This document shows, one piece after another, positions 62,501 through 64,000 of a stretch of DNA of 64,000 nt. Under the pieces are notes generated by a model, which was given only the letters and a program-made list of their open reading frames with translations, was not told the DNA's origin and made no database searches. The DNA is taken from positions 70,284-134,283 of the forward strand of contig MCFE01000199.1 of assembly GCA_002104905.1 (NCBI GenBank), in the 5' to 3' direction. Origin of the DNA: Basidiobolus meristosporus CBS 931.73 (lineage: Eukaryota; Fungi; Basidiobolomycota). The position numbers and the translations under genes were made by a program. How positions within the stretch are numbered: the stretch's first letter is position 1; each line of letters starts with the position of its first letter.

Positions 62501-64000
62501 TGCATGGCTTCTTCTTGCTCTTCTCCCCAGATAAATGGGGTGTTCTTTCTCTGTAGTTGGTAAATTGGTTCTGCTATCTCAGAAAATCTTGGGATCCAGA
62601 TCCTAAAGAACCCACAAGCAGCCACAAAGCCACAAGCATGTGTGAGATCTGTGGGGGTAGGCCAGTGGCATATCTTTTGTGTCTTGGGGTCTCCAGGTGA
62701 ACAACCAAAGGTGTTGCATTTTTGTCCAACAATGGATATCTCTGATACACCAAAGCTGCTTTTCTCACCACTGATGGTGAGTCCAGCTTCTTCAATGGCT
62801 CCTAATATGGCATCATTGTCTGAAATATGGTCATAGACAAACTTCCTTACTCCAGGCATAACTTCAGTTGTGTCCCAGAATTTTGGTTGTTTGATGCCTA
62901 CGTCATCCACAAAGACAGCAAGTTTCTCAGGTATAAACTAATACAGCACATTTACCATGCATCTCTGGAACTGAGCCACAGAGTTTGTAGCCCCTTGGCT
63001 GAGTCTTGTCATCCTTAACAGTCCAAATGGTGTCTGTAGTGCAAACATATCTCTTGATGTCTCATCAAGGGGGATCTGGTCATATCCTGAGTAGAGATCA
63101 TATGTTGAGTAAATGGAATGGCCATTAAAGCTTTCTGCAAAGTCATCAATAGATGGGGGTACAGCAGCATCTTGGATAGTGACAGCATTTGCTGGTTGCA
63201 TGTCTTGAATGAATTGGAGCTTTCCATTCTTCTTTTGGATCACAAATCATCTGTTAGCATAAGGTCCATGGCAAGGTTCTAGGATACCAGCTTCTATCTT
63301 CTTCTTAAGTAGGTCATGCCCATCAGCTTGGTGGCCTCTGGGCAGTGGGTAAGGCTTAAAAGACCAGGGTGTGTGGGGCACTGTATGAATCTTGATGGGT
63401 TCTTCAACCAGTGTCTTTAAGAGCCCCATCTCCTTGTCATTATATGAGAAAACCTTATCATGTCTTTTCAAGGTTTCTTCAAATAATAGTATCTCCTCTG
63501 GTGTAGGGTTTCCACCACCAATGATAAGTTGCTTAAGTCTCTCCAGTGTAAGTTGTATATCTTCTGGTGTTTCTTCTGGTGGTCTAATGTAATCAGCAGG
63601 TCAAGATCCATCAGTGAAAGGTGTAAGTGAGGGTCTAATCTTCTGTTCTACTCTCTTGTATTTTGTCCAAACCTTAGCAGTCTGCTCCTGTATACCTAAT
63701 GAGCAGCTCCAAATGTTGGGGGTGTATATTGTCATGCTCCTCATCATCTTCCATAACAAGATGTGTCTTCTGGCAAGCAGTATGTGTCCTCTTATTGTTG
63801 GGTGTTACACCACAGAAAGTTGACTGTAGGCCTGGGTTGGATCCTTGTATGGTGTACCATACTGACCCATCGGAATAGTTGGCAGTTGTAGCCTTAGTAC
63901 TGGCTTCCCATGGTCTACCTAGCAAAAGGTCAAAGTTTGCCTTCCGGCAGATGAAGAGGGAAGCCAGAACCTGATTCCTTGTACCTCAATAGGGAACTTG
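59598..64000 (-). mobile_element. pol: Third Gypsy A element (3' LTR 59598-60668, PPT, degraded pol), running off the window end
   Basis: LTR flanked by CCGG; reverse-complement PPT at 60669; ORFs 60849-63925 are homologous to the family A pol. Confidence 0.92.

Overview
This is a eukaryotic, probably fungal, repeat-dense window; the host cannot be fixed from sequence alone. I find no host gene, rRNA, tRNA or CRISPR array in the 64 kb. It is a nest of transposons: four Ty3/Gypsy families (A-D), two Ty1/Copia families, at least eight copies or fragments of a CACTA/CMC-like (Tnp2) DNA transposon with CCCTATGAA termini, and a 733-bp foldback MITE. All are eroded by CpG->TpG/CpA decay. Highlights: (1) a 1.9-kb G-poor foreign island inside one CACTA-like copy encodes the C-terminal ~545 aa of a MutS ATPase fused to an HNH nuclease, the MutS7 architecture of giant DNA viruses. 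(2) Two Gypsy-A copies form a 12.3-kb head-to-head near-palindrome with lopsided CpG decay. (3) Every readable Gypsy-A/D insertion site is centred on a CpG. (4) Two further nearby inverted repeats are identical or nearly so. All alignments and counts were done by eye, and boundaries marked ~ are approximate.
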